Shown here one piece after another: positions 7,468 through 16,679 of a stretch of 20,000 nt of DNA. The stretch's first letter is position 1; each line of letters starts with the position of its first letter. The notes under the pieces were generated by a model. It was not told the DNA's origin and did no database searches. It worked only from the letters and a program-made list of their open reading frames with translations. A program made the position numbers and the translations under genes. The stretch comes from an uncultured virus (IMG/VR IMGVR_UViG_3300037961_004118) (lineage: Duplodnaviria; Heunggongvirae; Uroviricota; Caudoviricetes; Kyanoviridae): the IMG/VR virus record IMGVR_UViG_3300037961_004118; one strand, 5' to 3'.

Positions 7468-8934
7468 ATGGCAAAATCAGGCATTTTAGGGCAATCAAAA
7501 CCCGCTGCTACTACAAATACAATTCTGTACAAGGCACCGATCGACAAGTCTGCCAGTGCAGTATTAACTATTGCAAATGATGGCACTGGGGCAGCATATG
7601 ACATTGCGTTGAAAGATTATGATCAGAATCTGACAATGGACGCTAGTACATATCTCTTCCATGAAGGTGATGTGGTAACTAATCATAGATTTGCTCTTGA
7701 CCAAAACTTTACCACTAGCACTCCAATCTCTCCTGGTGATACAATTACTAGTGCAGACGCTGAGAAGAAAGCAAAGTTTCACGGATTTTATATTCCCGAG
7801 TTTACTACAATCAATGTAAAGGCGATTGACCTTACTATCATCACGACTGAAAGTCAGTCTGGTGACTTTAACTTAGGTGACACTATCACTAAAGGTAGTG
7901 CTCCTAACACTACAACTGCGGTTCTTTATGATACCTACGTTAGTGGTTCTAACAGAATTTTGATTGTTGGTCCTAGAACTTTGAATGGAACTGGCACTGA
8001 ATTTGCTGCTGCTGATGCACTTGCTAGTTCTTCTGGTGGTTCTACAACAATTTCTACTGGTGGTGTTGCTGGAAGTGCAACTAACGAGTTTGTTTTCTCA
8101 ACTGACGCATCAACATATGGTTTCTATCACAGAACTCTGAGTGATTTCCTTTTGACATTCACTGCTGACAGAGCATATCGTTTCGATGTTTCTGATTCAT
8201 CGATGGCAAGTAAGGTTTTGAAACTTTCATCGACAGTCAATGGTGAGTATGGTCCTGACAATGATGCCGCTGCCACTGGTGACAATGGCGTAGAATATAC
8301 TGACGGCAAGACAACTAATGGAACCGCAGGATCTAGTGGTGCATATGTTCAATATGACTTCTCTGTAGGTACACCTCCCAGCGTTCTCTATTGGTATGAA
8401 GGCACTACTGGTGGTAACGCTGGTGCTGCTTATGGTGGTGATGACAGAGGTATTTCTATCGGCACCAGTTTCTTCTACAATCAAATTTATGTTTATGACA
8501 TTGAGGGTACTTGGACCAACACAGACACATTTACAGTTGGTGAAAACTCTTACCAGTTGACTGGTCAAACCTCTGGAAAGTGGGGTGTTGTTAGAGATTA
8601 CACCAGCACCGCGTTGAAAATCATTCTTGGTCCTGGATCTAGTGACTTCGCTGGTTCTGATGTTATCCTTGACTCTCCTCTAAAAGCAGGTGCTGCTAGA
8701 AGTTTTGCTACCATTAGTTCTATTGCAACTGCAACAACAGCACTTGAAGCGCAGCATTACATTGCTAAAGATGTAACCAATGGTAATAACGAGATCGACA
8801 GAATTACGTCTCTTGTTATTGCTCCTGGTCAGCGTCTTATTGTAGAGTCTGCAACGCAAAATAACGTGTTCTCTTTGGTCGGATTTGAAGACAACTCCAC
8901 TGAGTTGACCGTAAGGAACTACGCACGCTCCTAA
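7468..8934 (+). CDS. Virion structural protein
   Basis: 488 aa, Thr/Gly/Ser-rich and beta-strand-like. Contains YRFDVSDSS...YTDGKTTNGTAGSSGAYVQ...LYWY, a module I recognise from cyanophage virion proteins. Confidence 0.7.
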   Translation: MAKSGILGQSKPAATTNTILYKAPIDKSASAVLTIANDGTGAAYDIALKDYDQNLTMDASTYLFHEGDVVTNHRFALDQNFTTSTPISPGDTITSADAEKKAKFHGFYIPEFTTINVKAIDLTIITTESQSGDFNLGDTITKGSAPNTTTAVLYDTYVSGSNRILIVGPRTLNGTGTEFAAADALASSSGGSTTISTGGVAGSATNEFVFSTDASTYGFYHRTLSDFLLTFTADRAYRFDVSDSSMASKVLKLSSTVNGEYGPDNDAAATGDNGVEYTDGKTTNGTAGSSGAYVQYDFSVGTPPSVLYWYEGTTGGNAGAAYGGDDRGISIGTSFFYNQIYVYDIEGTWTNTDTFTVGENSYQLTGQTSGKWGVVRDYTSTALKIILGPGSSDFAGSDVILDSPLKAGAARSFATISSIATATTALEAQHYIAKDVTNGNNEIDRITSLVIAPGQRLIVESATQNNVFSLVGFEDNSTELTVRNYARS

Positions 8935-8940
8935 TAAATA
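8933..8940 (+). promoter_or_regulatory. Late promoter variant
   Basis: AATAAATA overlapping the stop codon, 23 nt before ATG 8964. AAGGA Shine-Dalgarno in between. Confidence 0.7.
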
Positions 8941-8963
8941 CTATTATCACCAAAGGATAAGAG

Positions 8964-11900
8964 ATGACTCTAACTAGACTCAAGAATATTATTACGTCCA
9001 GAACTGGGCGTATTATCTACGTCAATCCTGATGATTTTGATGCTGATGATTCGATTGATAATAGAGGTAACTCAGCATTAAGACCTTTCAAAACTATTCA
9101 AAGGGCGTTTCTTGAAGTAGCACGATTCTCCTATCGAGTTGGTCTGTCAAACGACGAATTTGACGCCTTCTCGATTATGCTGTATCCAGCAGAGTATATC
9201 GTTGACAATCGTCCTGGTGAAGTTCTTTATACACAAACTGCACCTATTGATGCAAACTCGAACTTAGATATTACATCACCTAATAATGTATTACATAAGT
9301 TCAACTCTATCGAAGGTGGTGTTATCGTACCTAGAGGTTGTTCTCTCGTAGGTACTGATCTTCGTCGTACAAAGATTATTCCTAAGTACGTTCCTTATCC
9401 TACAACTTTTTCTCAGTATAATATTAACACTGAGGCACAGATTCCTCCTCGCAGTTCTATCTTCAAAGTAACTGGTGGTACATATTTCTGGCAATTCTCA
9501 TTCTTTGATGGTGCTGAAGAGGGTGTATATTTCAAACCTGATAGTACTGTAACTCTTCCCCCTAAGTTCTCTCACCATAGATTGACTTGCTTTGAGTTTG
9601 CTGATGGTGTTAATAATCTGGCAACACTGATTGCCAATGGAACAGTTCCTAACGATGATTACTCTGCTGTTCCCAACATTCAAGAAAGAACAGACTTAGA
9701 GATTTACTATCAGAAGATCTCTAAAGCGTTCGCTACAATTCCTGACACCTCTGGTGATCCTACTACTGACCAAATTCAGGCAAGGGTCGAAGAAAATAGA
9801 ATCGTTGGTCCTATCTCCGATGAATATCGTGTCTCTAGTATTACAGCAAATGGACAGACTGCAACTGCTGTAACTGTTGATGAACTGGGTAACGATAGAA
9901 ATCATGGATTCTCTGTTGGTGTAAACATTAACATTAGTGGTGTTGAGGGTTCTCAAGGTCCAGCATCTGCTGCTGACGTTGCAATTTATAATGGATCATT
10001 TACAGTAACATCTGCAAGAGATAACGTCTTTACCTATCAGATGTCCTCTGAACCATCTGGTAATGCAACTGGTACAAACATTTCAGTTAAAACTGAGATT
10101 GATACAGTTGACTCTGCATCTCCATATGCATTTAACCTGTCACTAAGATCAGTGTGGGGTATGAATGGTATGCACGCTGATGGTAGCAAAGCAACTGGTT
10201 TCAAATCAATGGTTGTGGCGCAGTTTACTGGTCTGTCACTACAAAAAGATGATAGAGCATTTGTTAAGTACAACGCATCTACAGGTGAATATGATCCTCA
10301 AACAGCAGGATCTGGTGCTCACTTAGATGGTTTTGCAGAATATAGAAAGGGATGGGCACACGAACACATTAAGTGTAGTAATGACTCATTCATTCAGGCT
10401 GTTGGATATGGCACACACTTTACCGCACTGAGTGGCGGTGACATGTCAATTACGAACTCTAACTCTAACTTTGGTAATACTGCTTTAAGATCTGCTGGTT
10501 TCAAGGCAAAAGCATTCTCTAAAGATAAGTCTGGTGTGATCACTCACGTCATTCCTCCTAAAACTTTGCCTGTTGTAACAACAACTTGTTCAGGAACAAC
10601 TGGTGAAACTGTAGTTACATTGCCCGCTGATGGATCTATCCTCGGCATCATCGAAGGTATGAATGTAACATCTACTTTGACAGGCACTGGTGCAACTGTT
10701 GCTTCTATTGATGTTGCAAATAATCGTGTAACTCTTAGTGCTGCTAACGTTGCAACAAATGCAGCAAGTGATCCTGCTGTTGGTGGTACATCAATTATCT
10801 TTGGTGATGAAACCTCAGTCAACTGGATCAACATTGACATTAAGAGAACAACATTTATTAACTCACAACTTTCTTCTGAGGGTGTTGCCCCAGGTTCTAG
10901 ACTCTACTTGTATGGATACACGACACAAAGTTCACCTCCTACAACTAGAGTCCAAGGTTTCACCGTTGGTGCTCGTCAAGATGGCACAGGTGCTAACGCT
11001 GTACCAGATAAAATCTTCTGCTTGCTCAATGCAACTTCTGCCGCAACGCAAGCAACAATCCAATCAGCAGAAATCGCTGGCGCAGGTCCTGCCGTTTCTG
11101 GTGTTGCTGCTGGTGCTGTAGGTTCACCTCTGCAATTTGACTCTAATACTTACAACATAGATGGTGATGCAAACACTGGTGTAAATGGTAGAGAAGCAGT
11201 CGGTGGTTGGTACATCAACGTTAATGCTGGTTCTACTAACCAAATCTATAGTGTATTGAATAGTAATAGTGACTATGCTAATGTCACATTCACACCAACA
11301 ACATTCATTAGAAGAATTTCTGACCCAAGAGACTTGAACGATAGAACATATCGTTTGCGTTATGTTATTGATAAAGATAAGGTAAGTCCTGTTCCTCGTG
11401 ATCCTCTCTCTGGTTACGTTATTCAACCTCTTAATGGTGACACAACCTCATATAAGTTGAATGGTGCTTACTATATCTACGATATTGAAAGAGTACAAGC
11501 ATACGAGCGAGGAGTTTCTGATGGAATCTTTTATCTTACCGTCCTTTATGCATCTGTTGCACCTACAGCAGGTAATTTTGACGACAGAAAGTTCAGTCAA
11601 AACGTCAACGAAGTCTATCCTACGTTTGACAGAGACAACCCTCTTAGTGACCCTGGTCGTGCTTATTCCAAAGCTGACAATCAAACTATCGGTCTAGTTT
11701 ACGCTACAAATAATCAGGTTCCATACGACAATAATAAAGATCCTAAACTCTCCATCACAAAAGAAGCAATTGTTACTTTGCTGACTGATACTGGATGGGG
11801 TGAACCTGGAACTAACCCTGCATATTCTGGTGGTCAGAATAACTCTGCTGGTGAGAATGATGGTACTGGTTCTCTTGCAGGAACTAAGTTTACTGCTGCC

Positions 11901-13094
11901 ACTGGTGATGAAGAGACAAGAAAGATTGACATTAGAACTCTCAACAGCGCCAATAATCCTATTCCAGTAGAACTCAGACGCCACTCAGTTATGCGTTCTG
12001 GTAACCATACGTTTGAATATCTTGGTTTCGGTCCTGGTAACTATTCAACCGCATTCCCCCAGACTCAGGTTGAAACACTTAGTGCAGATCAAATTAAATT
12101 CTCTCAGTCAATCAAAGAAGAAGCAGGTGTTGCTTTCTACTCTGGTCTGAACTCTAATGGTGACCTGTTTATTGGTAACCAAGTTATCAACCCTGTTACT
12201 GGTCAGATTACAAACGAAGATATTGCACAACTTAATGTTGTTGGTGAAGAGAATACAACTATTGAAACATTCTCTGAGTTGGTGCTTACTGATAAACTAA
12301 CGGTTATCGGTGGTGCATCTAACCAGTTAGAATCTATCTTCGCTGGTCCTGTTACATTCCAAGGACTTGTTACATCAACTGGTAACATTCAGGCAAGAAA
12401 ACTTACATATTCCAACCCTGATGGTACAGTTATCAGACAGACATTGATGGCACCTGCTGCATTGGATGGCAGTAATAATCCTGTTGTTCCTACACGTCCT
12501 GACCTTACTGGTCTGGGTAGCACATATCCGACACAGGCAGATGGTGACTTAGTTTATAACAGCAACTGGACCCCAGGTGCATCGCTTGGTTGGATCTATT
12601 ATGACAATGGTGATGGTAATGCTAACACCAACTGGTATGAATTTGGTCTGACTGATGCTGGTGTTATCAACATCTCTGACACTTATAGTGGATCACCACT
12701 CACGATTGATGGTGCTGGCACTCAAGGAACTGGTGTTGGTTTCGGTGCTGAACCTGAAAATGGATTCCGAGTAAAAGTCAGCGGTGACTTTAAGGTTGCT
12801 GGTGATGTTGTCGGTACAGGTTTCGGTGTTGTTGGATCTGGTAAATATATCAGACGCTTGTATGATGGTGATGGTGTACAAACTACATTCCAAATCACTA
12901 ACCCATCAAACTCTAACATTGATCATGAAGCAAACTCAGTTCTTGTTTCACTGAATGGTGTTGTTCAGATTGGTGGTACTTCTTCTGAAGTCACCGCAAA
13001 TACTGCAAACTACTATATCAATAGTGCTCAGGTTGTCTTTGGTGATGCACCTCCAACGGGAACCAAGATTCATATTATTGAACTGCCTATCTAA
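8964..13094 (+). CDS. Large virion structural / tail-fibre-like protein with beta-helix domain
   Basis: 1376 aa. N-terminal IYVNP...GNSALRPFKTIQRA and GGDMSITNSNSNFG beta-helix motifs. C-terminal GDGVQTTF...VLVSLNGVVQ...VFGDAPP domain typical of cyanomyovirus tail/baseplate proteins. Confidence 0.8.
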   Translation: MTLTRLKNIITSRTGRIIYVNPDDFDADDSIDNRGNSALRPFKTIQRAFLEVARFSYRVGLSNDEFDAFSIMLYPAEYIVDNRPGEVLYTQTAPIDANSNLDITSPNNVLHKFNSIEGGVIVPRGCSLVGTDLRRTKIIPKYVPYPTTFSQYNINTEAQIPPRSSIFKVTGGTYFWQFSFFDGAEEGVYFKPDSTVTLPPKFSHHRLTCFEFADGVNNLATLIANGTVPNDDYSAVPNIQERTDLEIYYQKISKAFATIPDTSGDPTTDQIQARVEENRIVGPISDEYRVSSITANGQTATAVTVDELGNDRNHGFSVGVNINISGVEGSQGPASAADVAIYNGSFTVTSARDNVFTYQMSSEPSGNATGTNISVKTEIDTVDSASPYAFNLSLRSVWGMNGMHADGSKATGFKSMVVAQFTGLSLQKDDRAFVKYNASTGEYDPQTAGSGAHLDGFAEYRKGWAHEHIKCSNDSFIQAVGYGTHFTALSGGDMSITNSNSNFGNTALRSAGFKAKAFSKDKSGVITHVIPPKTLPVVTTTCSGTTGETVVTLPADGSILGIIEGMNVTSTLTGTGATVASIDVANNRVTLSAANVATNAASDPAVGGTSIIFGDETSVNWINIDIKRTTFINSQLSSEGVAPGSRLYLYGYTTQSSPPTTRVQGFTVGARQDGTGANAVPDKIFCLLNATSAATQATIQSAEIAGAGPAVSGVAAGAVGSPLQFDSNTYNIDGDANTGVNGREAVGGWYINVNAGSTNQIYSVLNSNSDYANVTFTPTTFIRRISDPRDLNDRTYRLRYVIDKDKVSPVPRDPLSGYVIQPLNGDTTSYKLNGAYYIYDIERVQAYERGVSDGIFYLTVLYASVAPTAGNFDDRKFSQNVNEVYPTFDRDNPLSDPGRAYSKADNQTIGLVYATNNQVPYDNNKDPKLSITKEAIVTLLTDTGWGEPGTNPAYSGGQNNSAGENDGTGSLAGTKFTAATGDEETRKIDIRTLNSANNPIPVELRRHSVMRSGNHTFEYLGFGPGNYSTAFPQTQVETLSADQIKFSQSIKEEAGVAFYSGLNSNGDLFIGNQVINPVTGQITNEDIAQLNVVGEENTTIETFSELVLTDKLTVIGGASNQLESIFAGPVTFQGLVTSTGNIQARKLTYSNPDGTVIRQTLMAPAALDGSNNPVVPTRPDLTGLGSTYPTQADGDLVYNSNWTPGASLGWIYYDNGDGNANTNWYEFGLTDAGVINISDTYSGSPLTIDGAGTQGTGVGFGAEPENGFRVKVSGDFKVAGDVVGTGFGVVGSGKYIRRLYDGDGVQTTFQITNPSNSNIDHEANSVLVSLNGVVQIGGTSSEVTANTANYYINSAQVVFGDAPPTGTKIHIIELPI

Positions 13095-13097
13095 ATA
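13090..13097 (+). promoter_or_regulatory. Late promoter variant
   Basis: TCTAAATA overlapping the stop codon, 21 nt before ATG 13119. Confidence 0.6.
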
Positions 13098-13118
13098 ACA
13101 TTGTAAGAGTAGTCAAAT

Positions 13119-13544
13119 ATGGCACTAACTAAAATCAATGGAGATCAGATCTCCACAGCAACAGAAGCACTAATCACTAAACTCAGTTTCTTAAACAACA
13201 CCTCTGAGTTAGTGTTGCCTGGTGGTACAACTGGACAGAGACCTTCATCTCCTGCTATTGGTACGATTAGGTACAACTCAGATGAAGATGCTGCTGAAAT
13301 CTATGTAACAAACATTGATGGCAACGGCACTGATGGTTGGATTGCTGTTGGTAGTGGTGGTCCATCTGTTGGAAATGATGCTATAATTAGAACTAATGGC
13401 ACAAACTTAAGTGAAACTGCCACGATTGGTCCTACAGCAAACAATGATGCTAAGTTCTCGAATGGATTTAGCATTGGTCCAATAACTATTGACACACTCG
13501 TTGTTTTAACGATTGAAACAAACTCTCGCTATATCATATTTTGA
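13119..13544 (+). CDS. Small tail-fibre-associated protein
   Basis: LVLPGGTTGQRP...GTIRYNSD fibre motif and C-terminal IIRTN...GFSIGPITI motif. Confidence 0.7.
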   Translation: MALTKINGDQISTATEALITKLSFLNNTSELVLPGGTTGQRPSSPAIGTIRYNSDEDAAEIYVTNIDGNGTDGWIAVGSGGPSVGNDAIIRTNGTNLSETATIGPTANNDAKFSNGFSIGPITIDTLVVLTIETNSRYIIF

Positions 13545-13550
13545 TAAATA
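13543..13550 (+). promoter_or_regulatory. Late promoter variant
   Basis: GATAAATA at the stop codon, 28 nt before ATG 13579. Confidence 0.6.
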
Positions 13551-13578
13551 ACTAAGATTAACCCCAGGAACCGTAGTA

Positions 13579-14178
13579 ATGTCTCAAATTAACGTAGATA
13601 CCATCAGAAATCAGGGGGGATCTGGCGCTAAGGTCCAGATGCTTGCTTCTGGTGATGTAAATATCAACGACAACAAATTATTTGTTGATAACGCAACGTC
13701 GAAAGTTGGTATCAACACTAATGATCCTCGCGCAGTATTGGAGGTCGAGGGTAATGGTGGTGTTATTCTTAAAACATCTCCTCTCATCGAAAAATTTAAT
13801 AATGTTTCTGGTGCATCAAACGCAAACGCAACCATTAACACTTACAATGGTGCGGTAACTCTTTTCACAACTGCTAATACTAACAACTGGACTCCTAATA
13901 TCACCTACAATGATGGTGGTAGCGTTACTAGTTTGAACGCATATATGGAGAATAGTGAGGTAATTGTTGTTACTATCATTTCTCAAAATGGTGGTGGTTC
14001 TGGATATGTTCCTGGAAATATTAATGTTGATAGTTCCTCTAGAACAACTGAATGGTCTGGTGGTTCTGCACCTACCGCTCGCGGTGGTACTGGTGGATAT
14101 GATGTTTATTCATTTTCTGTTATGAAAACTGGCGATAATGCATTCGTAGTTCTCGGTCAACAAACACATTATAATTGA
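13579..14178 (+). CDS. Tail-fibre-associated structural protein
   Basis: MSQINVDTI start, LFVD...KVGINTNDP..LEVEG fibre repeat, C-terminal WSGGSAPT...DVYSFSVMKT domain. Confidence 0.7.
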   Translation: MSQINVDTIRNQGGSGAKVQMLASGDVNINDNKLFVDNATSKVGINTNDPRAVLEVEGNGGVILKTSPLIEKFNNVSGASNANATINTYNGAVTLFTTANTNNWTPNITYNDGGSVTSLNAYMENSEVIVVTIISQNGGGSGYVPGNINVDSSSRTTEWSGGSAPTARGGTGGYDVYSFSVMKTGDNAFVVLGQQTHYN

Positions 14179-14184
14179 TAAGTC

Positions 14185-15138
14185 ATGCCATTACTTTCTT
14201 CTTTCGGTCTTGGAGGTCCAACAGGATTTGCTGGTGGTGGTGCAGCACCACTATCAGAATTTACTAAAGCATACACCTACACTGGTGGTATTCAAACATT
14301 TGCTGCACCTGCTGAAACAGATTCTATTCAAGCATTTGTTTGGGGTGCTGGAGCATCTGGGCGTAATCAAAATGGTGGTGCTGGTGGATATACAGTAGGA
14401 ACTATTAACAGCGCCAATAATACTACATTCAAAATTGTTGTAGGTCAGGGTTCTACTAGAGGTCGTCAGCAAAATGGTGTTGGTGCTGGATATTCTGGCG
14501 TCTTCACTAATGCTTGGGGCAGCGGTTATGGTAGTGACCAAAATGCTGCAATCGTTATGGCGGGTGCTGGTGGCGGAGGATCAGACTCTAATGGTCCTGG
14601 TGGTGCTGGTGGTGGTAACTCTGGTCAGGGTGGTACGCCTGGCGGTGGTCAAGGTGGCGGTGGTGGTCAATCACAAACCAACAATTATGGTGGACAGGCA
14701 GGTGGTAACTGCACAGCACCTCAAGGTCATTGTCATGGCAGATCAATGAGAGGCGGCACAGGTTGCGGCGGTGGTGAGGATTCGGTGAGCGGAGACAGAA
14801 CAAATTGGCCCTGTAGAATCTATGGTGGCGGTACTTGGTGCTCTGCTGCTGGCGGTAATGGTTGCAATGGTGCTGGCGGTGGATCTGGTTACTTTGGTGG
14901 CGGTGGCGGTGGATCTAACCCCAATAGTTCGCCTGGTGGCGGTGGATCTGGTTACATCGGTGGTCATCCTAATCACCCTGTGAGTAGTGCAATTACTTAC
15001 CAAGGTAACTATAATAATATTCATCCAGCGGCAAACTCTTCGCCACATTATACTCCTGGAATTGGAAATGGTGGCACAGGTAGTGGTCAGAATGGTAGAG
15101 TAGTTATTGTATACGAGGCATTCCAAGCAGTTCCCTAA
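14185..15138 (+). CDS. Glycine-rich (polyglycine-II, gp38/ALK-GRD-like) putative adhesin
   Basis: YTGGIQTF...VWGAG...GGAGGY...IVVGQG...AGAGGGG...GGGSGYFGGGGG...GGGGSGYIG...GQNGRVVI, the typical glycine-rich domain layout. Confidence 0.75.
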   Translation: MPLLSSFGLGGPTGFAGGGAAPLSEFTKAYTYTGGIQTFAAPAETDSIQAFVWGAGASGRNQNGGAGGYTVGTINSANNTTFKIVVGQGSTRGRQQNGVGAGYSGVFTNAWGSGYGSDQNAAIVMAGAGGGGSDSNGPGGAGGGNSGQGGTPGGGQGGGGGQSQTNNYGGQAGGNCTAPQGHCHGRSMRGGTGCGGGEDSVSGDRTNWPCRIYGGGTWCSAAGGNGCNGAGGGSGYFGGGGGGSNPNSSPGGGGSGYIGGHPNHPVSSAITYQGNYNNIHPAANSSPHYTPGIGNGGTGSGQNGRVVIVYEAFQAVP

Positions 15139-15141
15139 ATT

Positions 15142-15690
15142 ATGAATTTGATTAATTTGTTTAGCACTCCAGTCTGGTCTACCCAACTGGAGTGTTTTGA
15201 TAATGAAAAACTGGCAAACAAATGTTATCACTTAGAACAGACTAGAGAATCTAGTGATATGTCTAACAGAGGTGGATTTCAATGTGATGATTTGAACTAC
15301 CCCATGTTTAGACGTAAGATATATGAACACATACCAAGAATCGAAGGTAAAGAACTACCAAAGGTTAAAATATGGGAGTGGGTCAATATTAATCGAAAGG
15401 GTAACCATAACGTAAGGCACAATCACTTTGGTCGTGGTATCTTTATGTCTGGTATCTATTATGTAAAAGTTCCAGAAAATTCAGGAAACATAAGATTTTT
15501 TGATCCGAGAGGATCTATGCACATGGCATTGGAAGACTATGACTATTATTATGGTGTTGCTGATTATCAATATTTGATACCAGAACCTGGGTTGTGTTTA
15601 TTCTTCCCAAATTGGTTAGATCACGCTGTAGGAGAAAATGAAAGTGATGAAGATAGAATCTCGATAGCATTTAACGTGGTGTACGCTTGA
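15142..15690 (+). CDS. TIGR02466-like putative 2OG-Fe(II) oxygenase
   Basis: LFSTPVW, SNRGGFQ, WVNIN...HNH...SGIYYV..PENSGNIRF.DPR...FFPNWLDHAV..N.SDEDRISIAFN. Confidence 0.9.
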   Translation: MNLINLFSTPVWSTQLECFDNEKLANKCYHLEQTRESSDMSNRGGFQCDDLNYPMFRRKIYEHIPRIEGKELPKVKIWEWVNINRKGNHNVRHNHFGRGIFMSGIYYVKVPENSGNIRFFDPRGSMHMALEDYDYYYGVADYQYLIPEPGLCLFFPNWLDHAVGENESDEDRISIAFNVVYA

Positions 15691-15701
15691 AGAGGTGTCA
15701 C

Positions 15702-15726
15702 AGGGGGTCTCGCACCCCCTTTTTTT
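15702..15726 (+). terminator. Intrinsic terminator ending the late structural block
   Basis: Stem-loop AGGGGGT-CTCGC-ACCCCCT followed by TTTTTT. Confidence 0.8.
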
Positions 15727-15736
15727 GTGCTATACT
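15709..15736 (+). promoter_or_regulatory. Early-type promoter (extended -10) overlapping the terminator
   Basis: TG-c-TATACT (15728-15736) with a weak -35. A GTGTCACA half-site lies at 15695-15702. Confidence 0.6.
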
Positions 15737-15761
15737 TTATGAGTATTCGACACGGAGCAAA

Positions 15762-15971
15762 ATGCCTCAGTTCACTCTCATCTGTACAGATGAGGATTCA
15801 ACAGTTACAACAAAAGAATTTGAAGCAACAGTACTTGACGACGTTGTGGACAAAACCCAAGACTTTCTGAAAGGTGTAGGTTATTGCTTTGAAGAATTGC
15901 ACACCCAAGTTTATCCAGTCCCAGACAGCGATGCTGACGATTATGTCTCAGTCTACCGAGATGTAGACTGA
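15762..15971 (+). CDS. Hypothetical acidic phage protein (MPQFTLIC...)
   Basis: GGAG precedes ATG 15762. Contains DFLKGVGY. Confidence 0.75.
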   Translation: MPQFTLICTDEDSTVTTKEFEATVLDDVVDKTQDFLKGVGYCFEELHTQVYPVPDSDADDYVSVYRDVD

Positions 15972-16016
15972 ATATATATTAACGTAGTTTCTTTTTTGAT
16001 TAACATTTTCAAGACA

Positions 16017-16214
16017 ATGGGAAAGACTTTTCGACGGGGCGGTGCCGAACGAGGTTACTACTCGCCTGGCAAATCTATTCGAGACAAACGAGCAAAAGGT
16101 GGAACTAATCGAACAAATTGGGGAGATGACAGCAACTATGACGACTATTCAACCAAAAAAGATCGCCGCCGAAAGTTTGATCCAGAAACTGACAACGACA
16201 ACGGATGGTACTGA
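16017..16214 (+). CDS. Hypothetical basic, likely disordered protein (MGKTFRRGG...)
   Basis: ATG at 16017. Arg/Lys-rich N-terminus and acidic C-terminus. Confidence 0.65.
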   Translation: MGKTFRRGGAERGYYSPGKSIRDKRAKGGTNRTNWGDDSNYDDYSTKKDRRRKFDPETDNDNGWY

Positions 16215-16308
16215 AATCGAAAATGAATCTGAAGAACTAGAGTTTGATGATGGTTCTGAGGTAGACTACGACATTGATTACACAGTTCAATACTAAGACT
16301 ACGAGCAC

Positions 16309-16482
16309 ATGCAAAACGAACACGACGATCAAAAATTCAATAGAGGATTAGATCTCTTCACTGAGTCAGTCCTCAAACCTGATCATGAATTGCGGCAGTG
16401 TGCTCACAATCAGAAGTGTTATCATGAACTGATGTACATTCGTTCCTATGTTATTGAGTATCTCAAAACCTTACGCCGCTAA
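16309..16482 (+). CDS. Hypothetical 57-aa phage protein (NRGLDLFTESVLKPDHELRQCAHNQKCY)
   Basis: Read manually. It fits tightly between neighbours and the motif is familiar from cyanophage hypothetical proteins. Confidence 0.7.
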   Translation: MQNEHDDQKFNRGLDLFTESVLKPDHELRQCAHNQKCYHELMYIRSYVIEYLKTLRR

Positions 16483-16484
16483 AG

Positions 16485-16679
16485 ATGATCGGACTCCACT
16501 CACAACTCATCAACATCGATGAAAAAATGATTCTAAAAGACGCACTTTTTTTGTATGTCTCTGACTTGCAAAAAAGATATTATGCTGATAAACTAGTAGA
16601 AACAGATGTTTATCTCGCCAAAATGAAAGAGGTAGAAACCATCGTTGAAAAATTACATTTGACAGAACTCTACAGGTAA
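16485..16679 (+). CDS. Hypothetical phage protein
   Basis: 64-aa ORF, 2 nt after the previous stop, with a TAATG overlap to the next ORF. Confidence 0.65.
   Translation: MIGLHSQLINIDEKMILKDALFLYVSDLQKRYYADKLVETDVYLAKMKEVETIVEKLHLTELYR

Noticed and set aside
14560..14960. GGT/GGC trinucleotide runs resembling a microsatellite or repeat array
   Set aside because: They are explained by polyglycine coding. There are no spacer-separated identical repeats, so this is not CRISPR.
16042..16296. Alternative-frame ORF with an acidic C-terminus
   Set aside because: It mostly overlaps 16017..16214 and has no clear start. The acidic tail (16215-16296) may be coding, but I could not define the gene.
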